DNA from: an uncultured Solirubrobacterales bacterium
GTDB lineage: Bacteria; Actinomycetota; Thermoleophilia; Solirubrobacterales; 70-9
Direction of reading: 5' to 3'
DNA: 64,000 bases
Assembly: GCA_963742205.1 (NCBI GenBank)
Contig: CAVUKZ010000002.1
Location: 99,887-163,886 of the forward strand
The position numbers and the translations under genes are program-made. Shown piece by piece: positions 25,289-33,077 of the stretch. The notes below the pieces were generated by a model. That model was not told the origin of the DNA. It made no database searches and saw nothing but the letters and a program-made list of their open reading frames with translations. Numbering within the stretch: the stretch's first letter is position 1; every line of letters starts with the position of its first letter.

Positions 25289-26266
25289 GTGGCCGGGATC
25301 AGCGCCTTCATCTCGCCGGGCCGTTCGCTCGACCGCGCGCTGGACCGGGTAGCGCTCGCCGACCGGCTCGGCTACGACGCCGCGTACACCACCCACATCG
25401 CCGGTCGCGACTCGCTGACGACGCTGATGGCGTACGCGGGCGTCACCGAGCGGATCAGGCTGGGCACCGGTGTGGTGCCGATCTTCTCCCGCACCCCGGC
25501 CACCATGGCGCAGACGGCGGCCACGATCGACGAGCACTCGGGCGGGCGGATGGTCCTGGGCCTGGGGGTCTCGCACCGGGTCACGGTCGAGAACTGGCAC
25601 GGGGCGACGATCGACAAGCCCGTGACCCAGATGCGCGAGTACGTCGCCGCGGTGCGAGCGATCCTCCGCGGTGAGACGCCGCCGGACTCCGAGCGCTTTC
25701 CCACGAAGTTCGCGTTCATGGGCTACGCAGCGCGGGCCGACCTGCCGATCTACGTCGCGGCTCTCTCGCCGAACATGATCCGGCTGGCGGGCGAGCTCGC
25801 CGACGGGGTGATGCTGTGGCTCTGCTGTCCGGCCTACATCCGCGACACGGTCATGCCGGCGCTTCGGGCGGGGTTTGAACGGGCCGGGCGCAACGGGGAC
25901 GGCTTCGACGTCGTCGCGGCGGTACCCGTCGCCCTCACCGACGACCCCGAGGCCGCCCGGGCGACCCTGCGCCAGGACCTGATCCCGTACGCCTCGCTGC
26001 CGTTCTACCGCGCGATGCTCGAGGCATCCGGCTTCGCCGACGAGATCGCCGCCTTCGACGAGGGCATGGCGGCCGGCGACCTCGACCGGGCGAAGGCGGG
26101 GCTCTCGGACCGGATGCTCGCCGAGCTCGCGGGGATCGGCACCGCCGGCGACGTCCACGCGGCGGTGCGCCGCTACCTCGACGCCGGCGCGCTCTCCCCC
26201 GGGATCGGCGGCCTGCCCGGGACCGACTTCGACGCCGCGCTCGAGTCGGTCGCCGAGCTGATCTGA
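25289..26266 (+). CDS. Luciferase-like monooxygenase family (LLM class, probably F420-dependent) oxidoreductase
   Basis: GTG at 25289. ..LGYDAAYTTHIAGRDSLTTLMAYAGVTERIRLGTGVVPIFSRTPATMAQTAATIDEHSGGRMVLGLGVSH.. Confidence 0.8.
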   Translation: MAGISAFISPGRSLDRALDRVALADRLGYDAAYTTHIAGRDSLTTLMAYAGVTERIRLGTGVVPIFSRTPATMAQTAATIDEHSGGRMVLGLGVSHRVTVENWHGATIDKPVTQMREYVAAVRAILRGETPPDSERFPTKFAFMGYAARADLPIYVAALSPNMIRLAGELADGVMLWLCCPAYIRDTVMPALRAGFERAGRNGDGFDVVAAVPVALTDDPEAARATLRQDLIPYASLPFYRAMLEASGFADEIAAFDEGMAAGDLDRAKAGLSDRMLAELAGIGTAGDVHAAVRRYLDAGALSPGIGGLPGTDFDAALESVAELI

Positions 26267-26268
26267 CG

Positions 26269-26919
26269 CTAGGAGTCGCCGAGCCTCCGGCGCCGCTCGA
26301 GCTCCGCCTCGCTCGGCTCCTCGAACTCGGTATCTCCGACCTCGATGTCTCCCGCTCGCTGGTAGGTGTTGATCGTGACACCCGTCGACGAGATCCGGCT
26401 CTCGGTCAGCCTCAGCGCACCGGGGACGACGCCCTCGCCGAAGAACCGCTTGCCGGCGCCGACCACCACCGGGAAGATCCAGAGCCGGTACTCGTCGATC
26501 AGATCGTGTTCGAGCAGCGTCTGGATCAGTCCCGGGCTGCCGTGAACCTGGATCTCGGGGCCGTCCTGACGCTTCAGCTCCGCGACGTACTCGGCCACAT
26601 CGCCGCTGATCAGGGTCGAGTTGTTCCACTCCACCTTCGCCAGCGTCCTCGAGGCGACGTGCTTTCGGGTGCCGTTGAGCTGGTTCGCGATCGGGCCCTC
26701 GTCGTACGGCCAGTGGGCCGCGAAGATCTCGTACGTCCCGCGGCCGAGCAGCAGTTCGTAGGGGTCGGACTCGGCCACCTGTTCCAGCATCTCTTCGTCG
26801 AAGTAGTTGACGGCCCAGCCGCCGAGTGTGAAGCCGCCGGTCGGGTCCTCGTCCGGGCCGCCGGCTGCCTGCATCACTCCGTCGAGCGAGACGAACGAGT
26901 TGACAGCGAGGATTCTCAT
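26269..26919 (-). CDS. Dihydrofolate-reductase-family (RibD C-terminal domain) protein
   Basis: MRILAVNSFVSLDGVMQAAGGPDEDPTGGF..LLLGRGTYEIFAAHWP..EIQVHGSPGLIQTLLEHDLIDEYRLWIFPVVVGAGKRFF. Confidence 0.8.
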   Translation of the reverse strand: MRILAVNSFVSLDGVMQAAGGPDEDPTGGFTLGGWAVNYFDEEMLEQVAESDPYELLLGRGTYEIFAAHWPYDEGPIANQLNGTRKHVASRTLAKVEWNNSTLISGDVAEYVAELKRQDGPEIQVHGSPGLIQTLLEHDLIDEYRLWIFPVVVGAGKRFFGEGVVPGALRLTESRISSTGVTINTYQRAGDIEVGDTEFEEPSEAELERRRRLGDS

Positions 26920-26980
26920 CTGGGTCTCCCTTCGTGGGTGCGTTCACACGTAGAACGCAGATCCGCGAAAAACTGGTCGG

Positions 26981-27985
26981 TCAGAGCGCCGGGGGAAGGC
27001 CGAACGCCGGAAACAGCTCCGGCGAGACGAACGTGGTGATCTCCGCCACCCTCCCGGCCTCGAGCCGGAGCACGTCCAGGGCCAGCGCCCGGTACTCGTT
27101 CTCCCCCGGTCGCCGCAGGTAGTGAGCGGCCGCCGGCTGGGTGTTCGCCGCCGTGACCAGGCCGCGGAGCTGCCCGAACTCGGGGTCCCAGCCCTGCCGC
27201 TGGGCCGTCATGATCGCCTCGCGCCCGTCATACCAGGTGGGTATCGGCGGCATGGTCAGGCGCGCGTCCTCACGCAGCAGCTCTGCCAGCACCTCGGCAT
27301 CGGCGCGCTCGTGGGCGGCCACGTAGCGGCGCAGGAGCTCGCGCTCCTCCTCCGTTGGCGCAGTCGGCCGCGCCCAATCCGTCCGACGCTCGGGCAGGCG
27401 GTCCCTGAGGGTCGCGCGGGCCCGCTGCAACGCGCTCGTCACGGAGTCGAGGCTCGCCTCCAGCAGCGAAGCCGTGTCCTTCGCCGACCATCCCAGCGTG
27501 TCGCGGAGGATCAGTACGGCCCGCTGTCGCGGTGGCAGATGCTGGATCGCGGCGAGGAACGCAAGCTCGATCGTCTCCCTCGCGACGACGACCTCACCCG
27601 GCTCCTCCTCGGAGGCGGCGATCGGCTCGAGCAGCCGGTCGGGGTACGGCTGCAGCCACGGCAGGTCGACCGGAGGCGCCGGCGGGACGTCCGGGTCCCC
27701 CGCTGCCCCCACCTCCGGCGGCGTGACCCGGCTTGGCCTCCTGCGGAGCACATCGAGGCATGCGTTGGTTGCGATCCGGTACAGCCATGCCCGAAATGAG
27801 CCGCCGTGGAAGCTCGCGCGCTTTCGCCACGCACGCAGGAAGGTCTCCTGGACGAGGTCCTCGGACTCCTCGAACGAACCAAGCATGCGGTAGCAGTGGA
27901 CCTGGAGCTCGCGCCGGTGGCTCTCGAGGGCCGCGGCGAAACCGGACTCCAGGCTTGGATCGGCGGACTGCTCGGCTGAGCTCAT
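26981..27985 (-). CDS. ECF sigma factor with C-terminal SnoaL/NTF2-like extension (SigG / TIGR02960-like)
   Basis: HRRELQVHCYRMLGSFEESEDLVQETFLRAWRKRASF..WLYRIATNACLDVLRRR (regions 2 and 4), plus a C-terminal domain of about 130 aa. I chose the start at MSSAEQ (27985). Confidence 0.8.
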   Translation of the reverse strand: MSSAEQSADPSLESGFAAALESHRRELQVHCYRMLGSFEESEDLVQETFLRAWRKRASFHGGSFRAWLYRIATNACLDVLRRRPSRVTPPEVGAAGDPDVPPAPPVDLPWLQPYPDRLLEPIAASEEEPGEVVVARETIELAFLAAIQHLPPRQRAVLILRDTLGWSAKDTASLLEASLDSVTSALQRARATLRDRLPERRTDWARPTAPTEEERELLRRYVAAHERADAEVLAELLREDARLTMPPIPTWYDGREAIMTAQRQGWDPEFGQLRGLVTAANTQPAAAHYLRRPGENEYRALALDVLRLEAGRVAEITTFVSPELFPAFGLPPAL

Positions 27986-28179
27986 CACCACAAAGGACCG
28001 CAGCCCGGTAGGAGAATCATCGGGGCGCCTGAGGTTACGCGTGCAGCCGACGCTCGGGTCATGACCACACATCCAAAGTGGAACTGGTCGAGCGGTACGT
28101 TGACGTCGACTATCGACGCCAACGTCACGTTCGCCGTCGCGCCGGCGGCAAGCGTAGCCCGCGGCGCGAATCGTGCTGG

Positions 28180-28725
28180 CTACTCGACCGCGCCCTCGGG
28201 GGCAGCGGGCTCGCCGGGCGTCTTGCGCGGGACCAGCACGGTGCGCTTGAACTCGGCGACGAGCGTGTTGTCCTGCTTGTAGACGCGGGTGTGGACCTTG
28301 ACGATTCCGCGGTCGAGCTTCGACTTCGAGGCCCGCACCTCCAGCACCTCGGACTCGCAGTAGAGCGTGTCGCCGTGGAAGACGGGGTTGGGGTGCGAAA
28401 GCTCCTCTGTGGCCAGGTTGGCGATCGCCTTGCCGGAGACGTCGGACACCGACATCCCGAGCGCCAGCGAGTAGACCAGCGGCCCGACGACCACGTTGCG
28501 GCCCTGCTGCGACTCGGCCGCGTAGACGTCGTTGAGGTGCAGCGGGTGGTGGTTCATGGTGATCAGGCAGAAGAGGTGATCGTCGGATTCGGTCACCGTC
28601 TTCGCGGGCCAGTGCTTGTAGACGGCGCCCTCCTCGAACTCCTCGAGGTAGCGGCCGTAGGCGTGGGCGCCGGACGCCTCGCGCTCGGCCTGATCGGTTG
28701 TGAGGGTGTGGTCTGAGTCGTTCAT
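28180..28725 (-). CDS. MaoC-family (R)-specific enoyl-CoA hydratase/dehydratase (single hot-dog)
   Basis: GRYLEEFEEGAVYKHWPAKTVTESDDHLFCLITMNHHPLHLNDVYAAES..GPLVYSLALGMSV. Its ATG overlaps the upstream stop (ATGA). Confidence 0.8.
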   Translation of the reverse strand: MNDSDHTLTTDQAEREASGAHAYGRYLEEFEEGAVYKHWPAKTVTESDDHLFCLITMNHHPLHLNDVYAAESQQGRNVVVGPLVYSLALGMSVSDVSGKAIANLATEELSHPNPVFHGDTLYCESEVLEVRASKSKLDRGIVKVHTRVYKQDNTLVAEFKRTVLVPRKTPGEPAAPEGAVE

Positions 28726-29798
28726 CGGCGCGGGATCGTAGCGGCGTCGACCCCCTCGAAGCGCCCGATGTCCGCGACCTCGGCGGCGATCGCCTCCTCG
28801 ATCTCGGCCGCGAGCGGCTCGAACGGCTCGATCGTCACGGCCAGGCGTTTGCCGGACCGCTTCGAGGACCAGGTCGCGACGCACGCACCGTCGACGACGA
28901 TCGACGGGCGCACGATGCCGCCGCCGGGATTGACGCGCTTTGCGAACTCGGGGGCGATGGCGAAGTCCCGATCGACGTAGCCGAGGTTGTAGTTGTCGAA
29001 GGCGCCCAGCATCCGGACCACCGGCGATCGTGACGCCCGCGGGAGCCCCCCGAGCGTCTGGAGATCGCCCGCAGGCTCGAGCTCCGCGGCGATGGCCTCG
29101 AACCCGGCCCGGGCGTCGCGCAGGGGCAGGCCAGCCCAGCGCGCCAAGTCGCGCTCGCTGGCCGGGGCGTAGGCGCGCAGGTAGCGGCGCGCGAGCTCGG
29201 CCAGCGAGTCCTCTCGCGACCGCCGCTCGGGCTCGCCGATCCAGTCGGCGGTGCGCACGAGGCAGGTCTGGCCGCCGCGGTCAGGGCCTAGGCAGAGCTC
29301 GCCGTCGAGCGTCGCCAGCAGCCACAGGTGGACCTTGAACTCGTTCGCCGTGTCAAAGCCGGCGCGCTCGAGCCGCTCCGCCAGCTCCGGGCGCGTCAGG
29401 GCGCCCTCGTCGTCGACCGCCCGGTGCAGGAGCGCCAGCGCCCGCTCCTGGCCACGCCCGTCGAGACCGAAGTCGGTGAGCCGTTTGCGCGACCAGCGCA
29501 CGATCGTGGGTGAGAACAGCGGCACGAGCCAGCCGGCGTCCTCGGTCGCGATCAGGTGGACCGTCTTGCGCATCATCCAGGCGCGCAGGAGCGAGCGCTC
29601 CTCGGTCCGCGCGCGGTCGACGTCCGCGGCCGTGAGGTCTCGCGAGCGCGCGCGGAAGGCAAGCCTCGCGGCTCGCGGCTCCTGTGCCTGCACCGGACCC
29701 GCATCTCGCACGACGTCCGCGGGATGGCGGATCGCCACTGGGCGGTGCAGCCGCTGCGACGCGCTGCGCAGGCGCGCCAGGCGCGGCGGCGGGGTCAA
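28722..29798 (-). CDS. Winged-helix DUF1006 protein, YcaQ/AlkZ-family DNA glycosylase-like (QxQ variant)
   Basis: ..RSLLRAWMMRKTVHLIATEDAGWLVPLF.. family pattern. Q37-A38-Q39 (codons about 29690-29682) corresponds to the catalytic Q-phi-Q motif I recall for AlkZ. The TTG start overlaps the upstream stop. Confidence 0.7.
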   Translation of the reverse strand: MTPPPRLARLRSASQRLHRPVAIRHPADVVRDAGPVQAQEPRAARLAFRARSRDLTAADVDRARTEERSLLRAWMMRKTVHLIATEDAGWLVPLFSPTIVRWSRKRLTDFGLDGRGQERALALLHRAVDDEGALTRPELAERLERAGFDTANEFKVHLWLLATLDGELCLGPDRGGQTCLVRTADWIGEPERRSREDSLAELARRYLRAYAPASERDLARWAGLPLRDARAGFEAIAAELEPAGDLQTLGGLPRASRSPVVRMLGAFDNYNLGYVDRDFAIAPEFAKRVNPGGGIVRPSIVVDGACVATWSSKRSGKRLAVTIEPFEPLAAEIEEAIAAEVADIGRFEGVDAATIPRR

Positions 29799-30142
29799 GC
29801 GGCGTCGATCGCCTTGCCGAGCAGGCGCTTGACCCGCGGGTCGCCGTCGACCTTCAGGTGGCCGTAGTAGTAGGCGTCCTTCCAGTCGGCGAGGGCGCCC
29901 TCGGCGGCGAGCACCTCGAACATCGGCTTCGGGATCGAGAGTCGCAGCCGGGCGTCCTCGGGCTCACCCGCGTCGACCTTCGGGCCGGGGACCTCGATCC
30001 TGTAGGCGTCGGTCTGCGCCGGGCCCATCAGTCCTCCCGCGGTCACCTCGAGCGCCACGACGAGCTTCAGGTTGGTGAACGCCGGCACCTCTCGGGTAAC
30101 CCGCCCCACGGCGCCGACGATCAGTTCCTCGGTCGTGGCCAC
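29795..30142 (-). CDS. SCP2 sterol/lipid-carrier-domain protein (paralog B)
   Basis: GTG at 30142. EVPAFTNLKLVVALEV..YRIEVPGPKV..WKDAYYYGHLKVDGDPRVKRLLGKAI. In the track it is hidden in the tail of the 266-aa ORF. Confidence 0.7.
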   Translation of the reverse strand: MATTEELIVGAVGRVTREVPAFTNLKLVVALEVTAGGLMGPAQTDAYRIEVPGPKVDAGEPEDARLRLSIPKPMFEVLAAEGALADWKDAYYYGHLKVDGDPRVKRLLGKAIDAA

Positions 30143-30147
30143 CTGGC

Positions 30148-30513
30148 TCAGCGGGCCCGGCGGAGCCGAGCGCGCGCCTCGGCGTGCTCGATCACCTGGC
30201 CGATCAGCTTCTGGATGTTCGGGTCGCCCTCGACCCGGACGTGGCCATGCTCGTAGGCCTCGTGCCAGCGGCGCGCCGTGCCGTCGGCGGCGAGCTCGTT
30301 GAAGTGCGAGCGCGCGATTGCAACCCGAAGACGCTCGTCGTCGGCGCTGCCCTTCGAGATCTTCGGCCCGGGCACCTCGACCCGGTAGAGCTGAACGTCC
30401 CCGCGTCCACGGAGCTCGAGCCCGATGACGAGCTTCAGCTTCGCGAGCGCCGGGACCTCGGCCTGCAGGCCTTCGATGGCCTGCTTGATCAGCTCTGGGG
30501 TGCTGGTTGCCAC
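30148..30513 (-). CDS. SCP2 sterol/lipid-carrier-domain protein (paralog A)
   Basis: EVPALAKLKLVIGLEL..YRVEVPGPKI..WHEAYEHGHVRVEGDPNIQKLIGQVI. It is clearly homologous to the gene immediately downstream. Confidence 0.7.
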   Translation of the reverse strand: MATSTPELIKQAIEGLQAEVPALAKLKLVIGLELRGRGDVQLYRVEVPGPKISKGSADDERLRVAIARSHFNELAADGTARRWHEAYEHGHVRVEGDPNIQKLIGQVIEHAEARARLRRAR

Positions 30514-30522
30514 GCCAGGTTT

Positions 30523-31188
30523 CTACCAGGCGATCGGCTGGCGGTCGCGGAAGAACCCGCCGCTGGGTCCGTCGTCGGGCAGGGTCGCGAGCCAAACGCC
30601 GGTGTCAGCGCCCTCGGCGACCGAGCGCGGGGCGGCCGGGCCGCCCATGTCAGTCCGGACCCAGCCGGGACAGACGGCGTTGACCTTCATCCGCGGCTCC
30701 TCGGCGGCCAGAGTGCGGGTGAGAGCGTTCAGCGCCGCCTTGGAGAGGCGGTAGGCGGCGTAGCCGGTTCCCATGTCGGCGAGCTGCCCGCTACCGCTCG
30801 AGACGTTGACGATCCGCGCTGCGTCGCTGCGGCGCAACAGGGGCAGCGCGGCCTGGGCCAGCCGCCACGGCCCGAAGACATTGGTCTCGAACAGGCGGTG
30901 CGCGCCGTCGAGGTCGTAATCGCCGGCACCGGTCGGGTCGCCGTAGACGCCGGCGTTGTTGACCAGCACGTCGAGGCGACCGGGATCGGACTCGATCGCC
31001 GCCACCGCGGTCCCAACCGAGTCGTCGTGGTCGACGTCGAGCTCCACGGCCCGTACGTTCTCGGACTCCCGCACCCGCCCGGGGTCGCGGGAGCCGGCGA
31101 ACACGAGAAAGCCATGGTCGCGGGCGAGCTGGGTCGCGATCTCCTCGCCGATCCCGCGATTGGCCCCAGAGACCAGAGCGACCCTCAG
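30523..31188 (-). CDS. SDR-family oxidoreductase (carbonyl-reductase-like); start codon unresolved
   Basis: RVALVSGANRGIGEEIATQLARDHGFLVFAGSRD..NNAGV..YRLSKAALN. The glycine-rich N-terminus lies upstream of the first GTG (31104). The only candidate start in frame is the CTG at 31188-31186, which overlaps the acd stop. Confidence 0.7.
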   Translation of the reverse strand: MRVALVSGANRGIGEEIATQLARDHGFLVFAGSRDPGRVRESENVRAVELDVDHDDSVGTAVAAIESDPGRLDVLVNNAGVYGDPTGAGDYDLDGAHRLFETNVFGPWRLAQAALPLLRRSDAARIVNVSSGSGQLADMGTGYAAYRLSKAALNALTRTLAAEEPRMKVNAVCPGWVRTDMGGPAAPRSVAEGADTGVWLATLPDDGPSGGFFRDRQPIAW

Positions 31189-32396
31189 ATCGGGTTCCTC
31201 TCGAGCACCTTCTTGCCGATCACCATCTTCTGGATCTCGGACGTGCCCTCACCGATCAGCAGCAGTGGCGCGTCGCGGTAGAGGCGCTCGATCTCGTACT
31301 CCTTCGAGTAGCCGTAGCCGCCGTGGATGCGAAACGACTCCTCGACGACCTCCTTGCCGGTCTCCGAGGCGAAGAGCTTCGCCATCCCGGCCTCGAGGTC
31401 GGAGCGCTGCCCCGCGTCCTTCATGCGGGCGGCCTTCATCGTGAGCAGCCGCGCTGCCTCGACCTTGGTCGCCATCTCGGCGAGCTTGAACTGGATCGCC
31501 TGGTGCTTGGCGATCGGCTTGCCGAACGTCTTGCGCTCCTGCGAGTAGCGCAGCGCCAGCTCGAGCGCGCGCTGAGCGATGCCCACACCGCGCGCGGCCA
31601 CGTTCACGCGCCCGACCTCGAGCGCGTCCATCATCTGGATGAACCCCTGGCCGACGCCGTCCGGGCCGCCGAGGATGCGCTCGGGCGGGCACCGGTAGCC
31701 GCTGTAGACGAGCTCCGTCGACTCGACGCCCTTGTAGCCCATCTTCTTGATCTTCGGCGGGACCTCCAGCCCCTCGAAGTCGCCGGTGTTCGTCTCCGCC
31801 CACGGCTCCTTCTCGGTGATGAAGCAGGTCATGCCCTTGTAGGGCGGGTCGGCCTTCGGATCGCTCTTCATGAGCACGAAGACCACGCCGGAGCCGAGCC
31901 CGTTGGTGACCCACATCTTCTGGCCGTTGAGCTCCCATTTGCCGTCGTCGTCCTGCTTTGCGGTCGACTTGATGCCCTGGACGTCGGAGCCCACCTCGGG
32001 CTCGGAGAGCGAGAAGGCGGCGCGGATCTCGCCGGTCGCCATCTTCGGCAGGAAGTAGTCCTTCTGCTCGTCGGTGCCGAACTTCATCAGCAGATAGGAG
32101 CCGATGAAGTGGGTGTTGACGACGCCGGAGATCGAGATCCAGCCGCGCGACAGCTCCTCGACGATCATCGCGTACGTGGTGAGGTCGAGGCCCATCCCGC
32201 CGTACTCCTCGGGGATCGTGACCCCGAACAGGCCGAGCTCCTTCATCTGCTCGACGATCGCCTCGGGGAACTTGTCCTCGTGGTCGAACTCCTCGGCGAC
32301 GGGGATGATCTCGTTGTCGACGAACTGGCGCACCATCTCGGTGATCGCCTGCTGCTCGTCGGTCTTCTCCTGGAAACTCGCGGTCGCTACGGCCAT
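31185..32396 (-). CDS. Acyl-CoA dehydrogenase
   Basis: 403 aa. ..FSLSEPEVGSDV.., ..KMWVTNG.., ..ERLYRDAPLLLIGEGTSEIQKMVIGK.. are canonical ACAD blocks. Confidence 0.9.
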   Translation of the reverse strand: MAVATASFQEKTDEQQAITEMVRQFVDNEIIPVAEEFDHEDKFPEAIVEQMKELGLFGVTIPEEYGGMGLDLTTYAMIVEELSRGWISISGVVNTHFIGSYLLMKFGTDEQKDYFLPKMATGEIRAAFSLSEPEVGSDVQGIKSTAKQDDDGKWELNGQKMWVTNGLGSGVVFVLMKSDPKADPPYKGMTCFITEKEPWAETNTGDFEGLEVPPKIKKMGYKGVESTELVYSGYRCPPERILGGPDGVGQGFIQMMDALEVGRVNVAARGVGIAQRALELALRYSQERKTFGKPIAKHQAIQFKLAEMATKVEAARLLTMKAARMKDAGQRSDLEAGMAKLFASETGKEVVEESFRIHGGYGYSKEYEIERLYRDAPLLLIGEGTSEIQKMVIGKKVLERNPI

Positions 32397-32473
32397 GGCT
32401 CCTCTCGCGTTCGGATCGGCTCTGAGAATAGCCTCGTGTTGCGCCCGCGGATGCGACCGGTTAGGGTCGCCGC

Positions 32474-33070
32474 ATGCACCATCGAACCTGGGGGGTCGGG
32501 TTGGGAGCGGTCTGCGCTGTCGTTGTTGCAGGGTTGCTCGTCACCTCCGCGGCCGCCGCTCCGCTTGTCTCGAGCACCTTCAACCGCACCGCCGAGGGCT
32601 GGCTGGTGGCGGGCGACTCCACGTCGGCGACCCCCACGCACGTTGCGACGGGCGGCAACCCGGGCGGCTACATCAGCGCGGAGGATTCCGTGGCGGGTGG
32701 GGTCACCTACTGGGTCGCCCCGGCGAAGTTCCGTGGTGACCAAGGGGGTGCGTACGGCGGTCTTCTGACCTTCAGCCTCCGGCAGGACAACGCGAGCAAT
32801 CAGTTCGACGCCGAGGACGTGATCATCGAGGGCGACGGGCTGCGGCTCGTACACAACAATGCTGCCAATCCGGCGGTCGCCCCGAACTGGACGACCTACC
32901 GGGTCCGACTCCGCCCGGCGCAGTTCACGAAGTCCGGCGGACGGGTGACGGCACGGGACCTGCAGAACGTCCTCGGGTCGATCACCGATCTGCGCATCCG
33001 GGCCGAATACGTGACGGGGGCGGATACCGACGACCTCGACAACGTCCGCCTGCTGCCGCCCGCACCCTGA
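32474..33070 (+). CDS. Secreted hypothetical protein (laminin-B / domain-IV-like guess)
   Basis: Signal peptide (..AVVVAGLLVTSAAAAP), then FNRTAEGW..GGNPGGYISAEDSVAGGVTYWVAPAKFRGDQGGAYGGLLTFSL..DLRIRAEY. Confidence 0.55.
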   Translation: MHHRTWGVGLGAVCAVVVAGLLVTSAAAAPLVSSTFNRTAEGWLVAGDSTSATPTHVATGGNPGGYISAEDSVAGGVTYWVAPAKFRGDQGGAYGGLLTFSLRQDNASNQFDAEDVIIEGDGLRLVHNNAANPAVAPNWTTYRVRLRPAQFTKSGGRVTARDLQNVLGSITDLRIRAEYVTGADTDDLDNVRLLPPAP

Positions 33071-33077
33071 GCCAGAT

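Noticed and set aside
24314-26947. 877-aa minus-strand ORF
   Set aside because: It overlaps the PepSY, SRPBCC, LLM and DHFR-like genes in other frames or strands. The sequence is low-complexity Arg/Gly/Pro and has no motif.
26939-26959. Hairpin TGCGTTC-acacgta-GAACGCA after the ECF sigma gene as a rho-independent terminator
   Set aside because: It is a 7-bp stem with no downstream U-tract on the minus strand, and it sits just before the RBS of the next gene. The evidence is insufficient.
31185-32396. Calling the acyl-CoA dehydrogenase methylsuccinyl-CoA dehydrogenase (Mcd) of the ethylmalonyl-CoA pathway
   Set aside because: At 403 aa it has ordinary ACAD length and no N-terminal extension, whereas I recall Mcd proteins being markedly longer. 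Its operon context (SDR, SCP2, MaoC) is not the EMC context. I left it generic.
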